DNA of 64,000 nt from an uncultured Eubacteriales bacterium (GTDB lineage Bacteria > Bacillota > Clostridia > Christensenellales > UMGS416). The notes under the pieces were generated by a model. That model had not been told where the DNA came from. It did no database searches and saw only the letters and a program-made list of their open reading frames with translations. The translations under genes and the position numbers were made by a program. The stretch is taken from contig UQLW01000011.1 of NCBI GenBank assembly GCA_900542005.1, forward strand, positions 6,099 through 70,098. The letters are read 5' to 3'. Numbering within the stretch: the first letter of the stretch is position 1; each line of letters begins with the position of its first letter. This document shows positions 1 to 8,033 of this stretch, one piece after another.

Positions 1-9
1 GTGCATCCG

Positions 10-561
10 TCAGGATTCCATCTGCCTCCCGATAAAATTGGCGGCGGTTTGCGCCACCTTCAGCTCCGCGTCTGCCATCGCGCTGCCGGCTTCGCGGTCC
101 ACCAGGGCCACCGCGCCAATGACCTCGCCTTCGCTTAAAATCGGCACGATCACCTGGCAGACATAGACGGCGTCCTCCTCAGCGGAGGTCATGGCAATGG
201 TTTTGCCCTCGCCGGCATTGAGATGGATCGTTTTGCGGTCGGCCATCGCCTGCTCCAGCGGCAGGCTCAGGCCCTTGTCGATGTAGTCCTTGCTCCGGTT
301 GCCAGCGGCGGCCAGCACTACGTCGCGGTCGGTGATAATGGCCACATGCCCCACAATGCGATGCAGCGATTCGGCAAACTGCCGGGCGACGTCGCCCATT
401 TCGCCGATGGGAGAATATTTTTTGAGAATGACTTCGCCTTCACGATCGGTATATATTTCCAGGGGATCCCCCTCACGGATCCGCAAGGTGCGCCGGATCT
501 CCTTGGGGATGACTACGCGCCCCAATTCATCGATGCGCCGGACAATGCCAGTAGCTTTCAT
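10..561 (-). CDS. spoVT: Stage V sporulation protein T (AbrB/SpoVT-type DNA-binding domain plus GAF-like domain)
   Basis: 183 aa. The N-terminus MKATGIVRRIDELGRVVIPKEIRRTLRIREGDPLEI is the AbrB/SpoVT swapped-hairpin motif. Length matches SpoVT. Confidence 0.9.
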   Translation of the reverse strand: MKATGIVRRIDELGRVVIPKEIRRTLRIREGDPLEIYTDREGEVILKKYSPIGEMGDVARQFAESLHRIVGHVAIITDRDVVLAAAGNRSKDYIDKGLSLPLEQAMADRKTIHLNAGEGKTIAMTSAEEDAVYVCQVIVPILSEGEVIGAVALVDREAGSAMADAELKVAQTAANFIGRQMES

Positions 562-598
562 TCAAAAAGCCTCCTACGGAAAGTTGTTTTTGCACTGG

Positions 599-628
599 TA
601 GTATCAACCTTCCCGGAGGCTTTTATAC
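599..628 (-). promoter_or_regulatory. Forespore-type (sigma-G/sigma-F-like) promoter candidate for spoVT
   Basis: The minus strand reads GTATA-N18-GATACTA, against the sigma-G consensus GHATR-N17/18-CATXHTA (one mismatch). The -10 lies about 38 nt upstream of the spoVT ATG. Confidence 0.45.
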
Positions 629-757
629 ATTTCAGGCGGTGATTTCCATGAGGGGAGACAGGCTTTCCCAACTTCAAAAGTTGTCGGTATTCGCCTGCCC
701 ATAGCGCTTATCGAGACTCCCTGCCGTTTTATAGCGCTTTCTGCTGGCGGGGAGCTT

Positions 758-1969
758 TCAGGAAAGGGGCGTCTGCAGGGATTGCACCAGGCGATCCTTC
801 ATCCCCTCCAGCGCAGCCCTCGAGCCGGGCTTGAGCGAGGATTGAATGGTTACGGCCGGCTCCAACAGACGCATATCCGCCATTTCGCCGATCAGCCCGG
901 CCATCTGACGGGCGCTGACCGGCGCCCAGGTCCCGTTCTCAATCAGGGCGACAGTACGGCTTTCAAGGTTTAGCGCCCTCATGTCGTGGATGAGGTTCAT
1001 TATTGGCGGATAAATGCCGTTATTATAGGTTGGAGACGCCAATACGAGATGGCTGCACCGGAAAATTTCGGCAATGAGGGTGGAGACATGGGTGCGGGAA
1101 ACATCATAGACGGCGGCAGGGTGCCCCGAAGCGGCCAGGGAGGCCGCCAACAGGGCCGCGGCGTTCTCCGTATTGCCATACATGGAGCCATAGATGATGA
1201 CGGCAGCCTGCTCCTCCGGCACATAGCGGCTCCAGCGGCTGGTTTGATCCAGGAGCTTGTCCAGGTCCCTCCGCCAGATCCGTCCGTGCAGCGGGCAGAC
1301 CATACAAAGCTCAAGCCCGGAAAGCTTCTTCAGCGCGGCCTGGACCTGGGGCCCATATTTGCCCACGATATTGGCATAATACCGCCGGGCCTCCGGCAGC
1401 CAATCCCGTTGCATATCCACCTCATCGCTGAAAAGCTTCCCATCCAGCGCGCCAAAGCTGCCGAATGCATCGGCAGAGAAAAGAATCTTTTCCCGCGACT
1501 CATAGCTCATCATCACCTCCGGCCAATGAACCATGGGCGTGAGGTAAAAATGCAGCGTATGGCGGCCCAGCGGCAGCGTGCTGCCGTCCTTCACCTCCAG
1601 GGTGCGGCCGGTTATATCGATGCTGTAGAATTGGCGGATAAAGGCCAGGGTCCGGCTGTTGCCCACAAGGGTCAGGTGAGGGTAGCGCAGCAGCAGCGAT
1701 TCGATATTGGCGCAGTGATCCGGCTCCATGTGCTGGATAATCAGGTAATCGAGAGGACGTCCCTGCAGCGCATGCTGCACGTTTTCCAGAAACTGCTGGG
1801 AGATGGAGGCGTCTACCGTGTCGATCAGGGCCGTCTTTTCATCCTGGATACAATAGCTGTGGTAGGCGATGCCCTGCGGGATAGGGAACAGATTTTCAAA
1901 AAGCGCCAAGCGGCGGTCCTCGCCGCCCACCCAGAGAATTCCGTCGGTCAGGTTTCGTGTGTTGTGCAT
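758..1969 (-). CDS. FprA-family flavodiiron protein (metallo-beta-lactamase-like domain plus flavodoxin domain)
   Basis: MHNTRNLTDGILWVGGEDRRLALFENLFPIP..., an HMEPDH di-iron motif, and a C-terminal flavodoxin-like region (AAVIIYGSMYGNTE). Start placed at the internal ATG at 1969, which has AAGGGAG 9 nt upstream. The longer track ORF (to 2098) adds an Arg/Gly/Pro-rich stretch that does not look coding. Confidence 0.85.
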   Translation of the reverse strand: MHNTRNLTDGILWVGGEDRRLALFENLFPIPQGIAYHSYCIQDEKTALIDTVDASISQQFLENVQHALQGRPLDYLIIQHMEPDHCANIESLLLRYPHLTLVGNSRTLAFIRQFYSIDITGRTLEVKDGSTLPLGRHTLHFYLTPMVHWPEVMMSYESREKILFSADAFGSFGALDGKLFSDEVDMQRDWLPEARRYYANIVGKYGPQVQAALKKLSGLELCMVCPLHGRIWRRDLDKLLDQTSRWSRYVPEEQAAVIIYGSMYGNTENAAALLAASLAASGHPAAVYDVSRTHVSTLIAEIFRCSHLVLASPTYNNGIYPPIMNLIHDMRALNLESRTVALIENGTWAPVSARQMAGLIGEMADMRLLEPAVTIQSSLKPGSRAALEGMKDRLVQSLQTPLS

Positions 1970-2324
1970 AGCAGACGCTCCCTTCGCTTGTTGTTTTCCG
2001 GGCGCCCCGGCGCGATCCCCAGCGGGCTTTCTCCGGATTTGGCTTGCATCGTTCAGATAAGCATGGCTTGCCCTTCGATTCACAGGCCAAGCAAACACCG
2101 GCGGGAATGCTTCCCTTTATCCTTTCCTCCAGGATGAAGCCGGCAAGCCGGGCCTTGGATTGCCGGGCGCTTACCTGCGCTTTGCCTTCTTGTATGCAGG
2201 GTATAGTTTTTCCAGCCGGATATTCTTTACTCCCGGAGAAGGCTGGCCTGCGGGATGCAGGAAAAAGATCAATGGGATATGCGATGAAAAGGCAAGAAGA
2301 GGGCAGAATAAAAACGCGAAGGGA

Positions 2325-2353
2325 TTGCCTTTGTGCTGGAAAAAGTTTATAAT
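2325..2353 (+). promoter_or_regulatory. Sigma-A-type promoter candidate for eno
   Basis: TTGCCT (2325-2330), 17-nt spacer, TATAAT (2348-2353), about 80 nt upstream of the eno ATG. Confidence 0.5.
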
Positions 2354-2361
2354 CATTATAG
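2347..2361. promoter_or_regulatory. PerR/Fur-like 7-1-7 inverted repeat
   Basis: TTATAATCATTATAG matches the Bacillus PerR box TTATAATNATTATAA at 14 of 15 positions. It lies in the fprA/eno divergent intergenic region and overlaps TATAAT hexamers on both strands. Confidence 0.35.
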
Positions 2362-2362
2362 A

Positions 2363-2378
2363 GTTAGTTAAAACTAAC
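2363..2378. promoter_or_regulatory. Perfect palindrome GTTAGTTAAAACTAAC, an operator or 5-prime RNA hairpin candidate
   Basis: 7-2-7 perfect inverted repeat starting exactly 9 nt after the eno -10 hexamer. The same GTTAG-N6-CTAAY arrangement occurs 9 nt after the suf -10 (7605-7620). Confidence 0.4.
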
Positions 2379-2414
2379 CATAAAAGGGCGCGGCCTGCGC
2401 CCAGCGCCCCATAG

Positions 2415-3728
<1,314 letters not shown>

Positions 3729-3927
3729 CGGCCCTGGTATGCTGCGCTTCCCCAGGGCGCCGGAGGAAGGATGCAGCGTGTTTTTCTGGGCTTTGCCGCT
3801 GGCGTGATGGCAGGCTTCCACACCGCGATGATGCTGGACGCGGCGTTGGGGCAGGCGGCGCTGGTGAGCAGGGCGGAGCCGGGGGGTACCCGGCTCTTAT
3901 TATCGGCGGCAGAAAGGAGTGAAAACC

Positions 3928-4383
3928 ATGCCTTGGGCCTATGCGCTCTTGGATGGGGGCGTGATGTCCATGTTTTTTGCCCTGCTGGAGGCTGCGGCAG
4001 GGCTGCTGGAGAGGCAGCGTTGGGGCAAGGGCGGCAGCAACGCCCTGCCGGGAGCAAGCCGGGCGCAGACAGCCTGGCAGAGAAGCGCCAGATCCAAGTG
4101 CCTGCTGGCCATGGTGCTGCTGCCGCTGCTTTATGGGGCGGGCCGCGCCCTGCAGGCGGGGTATCCGGGGTTTGGCCTGCTGCTGGCCGCCGCCTATAGC
4201 CAATGGCTCATGATCGGGCTGACGCACGCCCTGCTGGTGAAGCCGCTGCTTGCTTCGCCTGCTATCGATGGGCGCCAGCGGGCCGGGTTGCCGGGCGTTC
4301 CGGCCGCCTGGCTGCTGGCGCTGTGCCTGATGCTGGCCCTGGTACAGGCCTGCCTGGCATGGCTGCCCCAGGCGGCGGGATAG
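3928..4383 (+). CDS. Hypothetical membrane protein
   Basis: AAAGGAG lies 7 nt before the ATG at 3928. G/C dominates the third codon positions. Leu/Ala-rich hydrophobic segments. No recognisable family. Confidence 0.5.
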   Translation: MPWAYALLDGGVMSMFFALLEAAAGLLERQRWGKGGSNALPGASRAQTAWQRSARSKCLLAMVLLPLLYGAGRALQAGYPGFGLLLAAAYSQWLMIGLTHALLVKPLLASPAIDGRQRAGLPGVPAAWLLALCLMLALVQACLAWLPQAAG

Positions 4384-4397
4384 CGGGGGCAGGCCCG

Positions 4398-4426
4398 TTG
4401 ACATTCCCTAAAGAAACCAATAGAAT
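4398..4426 (+). promoter_or_regulatory. Sigma-A-type promoter candidate
   Basis: TTGACA, 17 nt, TAGAAT, about 34 nt upstream of the GTG start at 4460. Confidence 0.5.
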
Positions 4427-4459
4427 GGGAGAAAACACGGAAAAAGGGGGAATGCTGCG

Positions 4460-5743
4460 GTGAATGTCCACACAACGAGCGAGGAGCGCAACCAGAGACG
4501 GCAGAGGATGCTGGAGGAGTATGGCATAGCGCATCCCAGCCGGCAAGAAGTGGAATATGCCGACTGCGCAGGGGAGAGGGCCTACGAAGCGGCGCTGCGA
4601 TGCCCACAGGGGCGAGTGGCACCGCCGGGCCGATTCGACGACCTGAAGCTGGCGGTAGAAGCCCTGAGCGGCGGCGCCAATACGGTGCTGCTGGATGATA
4701 TCGGTATGCCCAGCATCATGGTGGCGCTGCCCTGGATGCGCAACGCAGACCTGTATGAGGGCGGGGATGAAGGCCTGCATCCCGCCTGGATCGCCTGCGG
4801 TAAACCGCAGAAGGTGCTATATGTTTCCAAATATATGAATATGGTGGAGAACCAGCGGGCTTATTCGCTGCCCATGCGGGAGCCCTACAGCTTTGTGACC
4901 TTTGACGAGGCGAACCGGTTTTGCCTAAACAAGGGGAGGGGCTGGCACCTGATGACCAACAGCCAGTGGGCGGCGATCGCCGCCTGGTGCCGGAAGAACA
5001 AAACCCTGCCCAGAGGGAACACGGGCAGCCGGGGCGAGGATTGGCAGCATCCGCACCTGAAGGCCGTGCCCGCCAGGCCCTATTATGGGCAGGAGCTTAC
5101 GCTCACGGGCAGCGGTCCGGTACAGTTTCAGCATAATCACCAGGCCTCGGGGATTTGCGATCTGGTGGGCAATATGTTTGAATGGGTCGGCGGCCTGCGG
5201 CTGGTGGACGGGGAAATCCAGATTATGCCGGATGGATATGCCGCCGCCTACAGCGACGAAGCCTTCCGGGCAGACAGCCATCACTGGCGGGGCATTACCG
5301 CAAAAGGAGAGCTGGCGGCCCACGGGGAGCGGGATACGCTGAAGCTGGATGGCAGCGTACCGGGCGACAGCGAGGAACGCGATCATTTGCTGGAAAAGGG
5401 CCGTCCGATCCTGCGGACGCAGCTGCAGAATCGTTCCTATCTGGGGCCTGACAGGCAGGGGAACCAGGGATATACGGAATGCTTCTTCGCTGACCTGGAG
5501 GCGGAAGAAAGTCTGGCCGTCCCGCCCCTGCTCCGGCAGCTTGAGATTTTTCCCGATCAGGCCTGCCGCAGGGAGGATGGGATCCTTGTGGTGCGCAACT
5601 ATGGCGAGCGGATCGCTGTGCGCGGCGGGAAGGCTGGAAGCTTTGAGCGGGCGGGGATCAGCGCGCTGCATTTTTATAATCCACGCACCTATGACGGAAG
5701 CGCGACCATCGGCTTCCGCTGCGCCTATGTGGGCCTGGAATAG
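4460..5743 (+). CDS. FGE-sulfatase (SUMF1/EgtB/PvdO) domain protein
   Basis: 427 aa. FDEANRFCLNKGRGWHLMTNSQWAAIAAW and GICDLVGNMFEWVGG resemble the formylglycine-generating-enzyme fold motifs. GTG start with AAGGGGGA 8 nt upstream. No signal peptide seen. Confidence 0.6.
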   Translation: MNVHTTSEERNQRRQRMLEEYGIAHPSRQEVEYADCAGERAYEAALRCPQGRVAPPGRFDDLKLAVEALSGGANTVLLDDIGMPSIMVALPWMRNADLYEGGDEGLHPAWIACGKPQKVLYVSKYMNMVENQRAYSLPMREPYSFVTFDEANRFCLNKGRGWHLMTNSQWAAIAAWCRKNKTLPRGNTGSRGEDWQHPHLKAVPARPYYGQELTLTGSGPVQFQHNHQASGICDLVGNMFEWVGGLRLVDGEIQIMPDGYAAAYSDEAFRADSHHWRGITAKGELAAHGERDTLKLDGSVPGDSEERDHLLEKGRPILRTQLQNRSYLGPDRQGNQGYTECFFADLEAEESLAVPPLLRQLEIFPDQACRREDGILVVRNYGERIAVRGGKAGSFERAGISALHFYNPRTYDGSATIGFRCAYVGLE

Positions 5744-5774
5744 ACCGGCCGCAGACAAAGACAGAGAGTTCCAT

Positions 5775-5820
5775 GCCCCCCTTCCGCCGTTTATCCGGCG
5801 GAAGGGGGGCATTCATTTTG
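5775..5820 (+). terminator. Rho-independent terminator candidate
   Basis: 15-bp GC-rich stem (GCCCCCCTTCCGCCG / CGGCGGAAGGGGGGC), 6-nt loop, followed by ATTCATTTT. Confidence 0.6.
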
Positions 5821-5827
5821 GCCGTGA

Positions 5828-5860
5828 AACAACAAAGGAAGCAGGCGAAAGCCTGCTTCC
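5828..5860 (-). terminator. Rho-independent terminator for the suf operon
   Basis: GGAAGCAGGC-GAAA-GCCTGCTTCC hairpin followed on the minus strand by TTTGTTGTT. It sits about 70 nt after the stop at 5929. Confidence 0.6.
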
Positions 5861-5928
5861 AGAAGACAACGCCGGCCGCTCCAAAGGGAGCAAGCCGCCC
5901 AGGGGCCGGTCGCGGCAGCGGCGGGCCG

Positions 5929-6849
5929 CTACCCCTTCAAAAAGCCCTCAATGATCTTTTGCTCGGCCTCTTCCTCAGTGAGGCCGAAGGTACGCAGCTT
6001 CAGAATCTGCTCGCCGGCAATTTTTCCGATCGCCGCCTCATGGATCAAAGCCGCGTCTACGCTGCCGGCAAAAAGCTCCGGCGCGGCGTTCACCGTGCCC
6101 TGTCCCACCAGGATCGCGTCGCATTCCGAATGCCCTGAGCAGCGGGCGTTGCCCCGGATGCGGGAGTGGTATTGCTGGTTGGAGCGGTCCTTGGCCACGG
6201 AGCGGGAGATAAGATCGACGCCGCTGTCTTCGCCGTCCAGATCCACGGTGAATTCAGTCTGCGCCTGCTGGCTTCCCTCGGTCAGAATGCGTTCATGAAT
6301 GACAAGGCGGGCTCTGGCCGCCAGCTGAGCAGTGGTTTTGCGCATCGTTGTATCGACGCCGCCAATCTGTACGGTATCCATCTCCAGTATGGCGTCCTCG
6401 TCCAGCCGGGCGTCCGTTACCGGGTCAATGCGGCGCAGGCCCTTCCCGTTCCCCGTGCCGATATGCTTTTCTTCATACCGCACATGGGCGCCTTTCTCCA
6501 GGAAAAAGCGGTGGATGCCATTATGGCGTGCCTCCTCTTCGCCTTCCACATGTACGCCGCAGCCGGCCACAATGGTGACATCGGCGCCAGCGCCTACATA
6601 AAAGTCGTTATAGACGAGATCGTCCACGCCGCTGTGAGTTACGCAGGCGGGAATATACACCGTTTCGCCCTGCGCTTCCGGCAGGATATGGATGACAAGA
6701 CCCGGCCCGTCAGCCTTTGATTCAATTTTGATGTGCTCGGTCGACTGCCGTCCGGCGCAGCCTCCGTTCTCCCGGATGTTGAAGGCGCCGTTAAAGGCAC
6801 CCTTAAAGCCTGAGATCAGGTTCAGCAGATTGACAGTGATGCTATTCAT
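5929..6849 (-). CDS. SufB/SufD-family Fe-S assembly scaffold protein (short form)
   Basis: About 306 aa from the MNSITVNLLN start. The C-terminal IHEAAIGKIAGEQILKLRTFGLTEEEAEQKIIEGFLKG is a typical SufB/D tail. Overlaps sufC by 8 nt. Confidence 0.8.
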   Translation of the reverse strand: MNSITVNLLNLISGFKGAFNGAFNIRENGGCAGRQSTEHIKIESKADGPGLVIHILPEAQGETVYIPACVTHSGVDDLVYNDFYVGAGADVTIVAGCGVHVEGEEEARHNGIHRFFLEKGAHVRYEEKHIGTGNGKGLRRIDPVTDARLDEDAILEMDTVQIGGVDTTMRKTTAQLAARARLVIHERILTEGSQQAQTEFTVDLDGEDSGVDLISRSVAKDRSNQQYHSRIRGNARCSGHSECDAILVGQGTVNAAPELFAGSVDAALIHEAAIGKIAGEQILKLRTFGLTEEEAEQKIIEGFLKG

Positions 6850-7573
6850 GGGGCTGTTCCTCCTTGCCCAGCGGGCAGCGGGTGATGCTTTCATCCGCCA
6901 GCAGGGCCGGCAGCACCTGCTGCCGGGGGCCCTGCGACCGTACACGTCCGTCGGCGATTACCACGATTTCGTCGGCTATATTCAAAATGCGCTCCTGGTG
7001 GGAGATGATGAGAAGGGAACCGGAAAGGCCGCTCTGCAGGCGCTTAAAGGTATCAATCAGGCTGGCGAAGCTCCAAAGGTCGATCCCTGCCTCGGGCTCG
7101 TCAAATACGGATATGCGCGCGCCGCGGGCCAGGACCGTGGCAATTTCAATGCGCTTGATTTCACCGCCGGACAGGCTTGCGTCTGTCTGGCGGCCTGCAT
7201 ATTCCGGCGCGCACAGCCCGACCTGCCCCAGGAGGCCGCAGAGCTCGGATTCACTCAGGCTGCGGCCTGCGGCCAGCTCCAGCAGGTCCCGTACTGTGAG
7301 CCCCTTGAAGCGGACGGGCTGCTGGAAGGCGAAACTGATCCCCTTCCGGGCCCGCTGGGTTACATCCAGCGGGGTGATATCCTCTCCGTCCAGCAGAATC
7401 TGACCGCTGCTGGGGGTGAGGATGCCCGCGATCACCTTGGCCAGCGTGGTTTTGCCACCCCCATTGGGGCCGGTTACGACGGTAAGCTTCCCGTCGGGTA
7501 TCGTAAGGTCCAGGGGATGGAGGATTTCCCTGCCTTCCGGCAGATTCCATGCAATCCCTTTCAAAATGAGCAT
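6842..7573 (-). CDS. sufC: SufC-type ABC ATPase
   Basis: 243 aa. Walker A GPNGGGKTT, signature LSGGE, Walker B ISVFDEPEAGID. GAAGGAGG RBS. Confidence 0.85.
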   Translation of the reverse strand: MLILKGIAWNLPEGREILHPLDLTIPDGKLTVVTGPNGGGKTTLAKVIAGILTPSSGQILLDGEDITPLDVTQRARKGISFAFQQPVRFKGLTVRDLLELAAGRSLSESELCGLLGQVGLCAPEYAGRQTDASLSGGEIKRIEIATVLARGARISVFDEPEAGIDLWSFASLIDTFKRLQSGLSGSLLIISHQERILNIADEIVVIADGRVRSQGPRQQVLPALLADESITRCPLGKEEQPHE

Positions 7574-7604
7574 GTGACGCCTCCTTCAGGATAAAAAGAT
7601 GGTA

Positions 7605-7620
7605 ATTAGCAGGTGCTAAC
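7605..7620 (-). promoter_or_regulatory. GTTAGCACCTGCTAAT inverted-repeat element downstream of the suf -10
   Basis: On the minus strand, GTTAG-N6-CTAAT starts exactly 9 nt after TATACT. Geometry and half-sites match those at eno (2363-2378). Confidence 0.4.
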
Positions 7621-7629
7621 TATGAGTCT

Positions 7630-7658
7630 AGTATAACGCTCTTGATGGCTATAATCAA
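7630..7658 (-). promoter_or_regulatory. Sigma-A-type promoter candidate for sufC-sufB/D
   Basis: Minus strand TTGATT, 17 nt, TATACT. A 7-7-7 inverted repeat TCTTGAT/ATCAAGA (7640-7660) overlaps the -35. Confidence 0.5.
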
Positions 7659-7685
7659 GACTAAATTAGTCGGGATTAAAAAAGA

Positions 7686-7733
7686 GATAGAGGGGAAAGG
7701 CTGCACTCCTGGCCTTTTCCCCTCTATCTTTTT
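7686..7733. terminator. Bidirectional rho-independent terminator
   Basis: 16-17 bp stem GATAGAGGGGAAAGGC / GCCTTTTCCCCTCTATC with T-runs on both strands. It starts immediately after the stop of the small minus-strand ORF. Confidence 0.8.
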
Positions 7734-7735
7734 AT

Positions 7736-7843
7736 TCAAGGACGGCGAAAACCTCCCCGGCGGCGGTAACGGTCCAGCGCCCGGCAGAGAAGATAACCGG
7801 CGGCGCCCAGGACAATCATCCCGGCAACCAAGATGGCATCCAT
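7736..7843 (-). CDS. Small single-TM peptide (35 aa), not in the ORF track
   Basis: MDAILVAGMIVLGAAGYLLCRALDRYRRRGGFRRP. The GGGGGG Shine-Dalgarno ends 6 nt before the ATG. The stop abuts the strong terminator. One hydrophobic helix plus a basic tail. Confidence 0.45.
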   Translation of the reverse strand: MDAILVAGMIVLGAAGYLLCRALDRYRRRGGFRRP

Positions 7844-8033
7844 AAACATCCCCCCTTATAACCCTAGCTTAAAGGATTTAGCCTCAAAGCGCCGTTATAA
7901 AATGGCGCTGGGCATAAAGACTGCGTTAGCTATCGGAGGACCTTAATATGATCTTAACGAACCATGTGCAATCTTTAATTCTTTTTAATCACCGGACACC
8001 TACAATAGGAAGCACTACAACAGGAGGCAGAGG

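Noticed and set aside
1970-2098. 43-codon N-terminal extension of the flavodiiron protein, from the track ORF starting at 2098.
   Set aside because: The extension (MFAWPVNRRASHAYLNDASQIRRKPAGDRAGAPGKQQAKGASA) has no homology-like features and a GTG start without an SD. The internal ATG at 1969 has AAGGGAG at correct spacing and gives a normal FprA length.
3771-4199. 142-aa ORF overlapping the start of the 3928-4383 membrane protein in another frame. Its first ~40 codons have some G/C third-position bias, which hints at a frameshifted longer gene.
   Set aside because: The 3928 frame is closed by a stop at 3865-3867, so no simple frameshift joins the two. The second half of the 3771 ORF is Gly/Arg/Pro-rich junk, and its SD-to-ATG spacing is only 4 nt. 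Left as unresolved rather than called.
7860-8033. Possible c-di-AMP (ydaO/kimA-type) riboswitch upstream of ktrB, as seen for some Firmicute K+ transporters.
   Set aside because: I could not find the conserved ACGGGGA/CCCGCC-type core elements or the pseudo-symmetric helices. The only structure is a 6-bp hairpin (AGCGCC/GGCGCT, about 7898-7919).
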